From Marsupella aquatica (lineage: Eukaryota > Plantae > Marchantiophyta): DNA of 64,000 bases. The notes below the pieces were generated by a model. That model searched no databases. It worked only from the letters and a program-made list of their open reading frames with translations, and was not told the DNA's origin. The position numbers and the translations under genes are program-made. Location of the stretch: positions 7,678,470-7,742,469 of the forward strand of contig OZ316897.1 of the NCBI GenBank assembly GCA_973895155.1, in the 5' to 3' direction. Positions 63,511 through 64,000 of this stretch are shown here, piece by piece; the first letter of the stretch is position 1, and each line of letters starts with the position of its first letter.

Positions 63511-64000
63511 TGTACATGCTCAACTTTCCATTAGTTTGGAAGGCAGCAATAAAGGCAGTGTTGGCACAAGAAGACATAGCAGAGAAGAAGTGATTTGAGG
63601 AGGAAATGCAGGAAAACGAGGCTAGCTAGAGGTGAAAGTGAACATGAGGAGAGAGAGAGTTGGAAGAGAACGACATAGATGATTTGGATGGAGGGATTGG
63701 TGAGATATGGACACGAGAGAGAGTTGGAATTCTGTAATTTTGAAGTTCAGTATGGAGTGAATTTGTATCTGTAGTTTTGGTTTACTAGGTTCATGATTCT
63801 CCCAATTTGAACTTGGTTCATGGTTCAAATCGTCCCGGTTTGAACTTGGTTCATAGTTTGAACTGGAAGAGTTATGTTTGGGCTTCCATTTTAGCGCGTA
63901 AACAATGTGGTAATTACCGGGCCTGGAAACATGGCTGGTCGCTGCATCAGAAGAGACTCGCCACTTATTAGGGCTTTGGGCAGTCACTTTACTGGGCACC

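Noticed and set aside
63622-63999. 125-aa ORF with NHEPSS repeats
   Set aside because: Arises from a short gaacttggttcat repeat at the window edge; no other coding evidence.

Overview
Eukaryotic, intron-containing, gene-poor DNA made almost entirely of nested transposable elements. The element types and GT-AG introns point to a land plant, possibly a non-seed lineage (inference). In order: (1) a decayed DNA-transposon accessory gene and a 5'-truncated L1 LINE (0.6-3.6 kb); (2) a Ty3/Gypsy element (4545-22278) whose RT is split by a complete 10-kb CACTA/EnSpm transposon (9744-19796); (3) a truncated MULE (22280-~25595); (4) a TSD-flanked L1 LINE lacking its RT domain (30033-36723); (5) a 21.8-kb long-TIR Mutator-like element (41665-63510) containing two related Ty1/Copia insertions (42177-48906 and 54936-61330). 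The main candidate new system is in the CACTA element. It carries a SET-domain (lysine methyltransferase-fold) exon inside the first coding intron of its transposase gene, with splice phases that would let one shared zinc-finger exon join either the SET exon or the transposase. Other notable signals are an RPA70 C-terminal OB-fold gene in the MULE, an in-frame UGA between gag and pol conserved in both Copia elements, and a -1 frameshift heptamer plus pseudoknot between protease and RT in the Gypsy. All domain calls are by eye from motifs; no searches were run.
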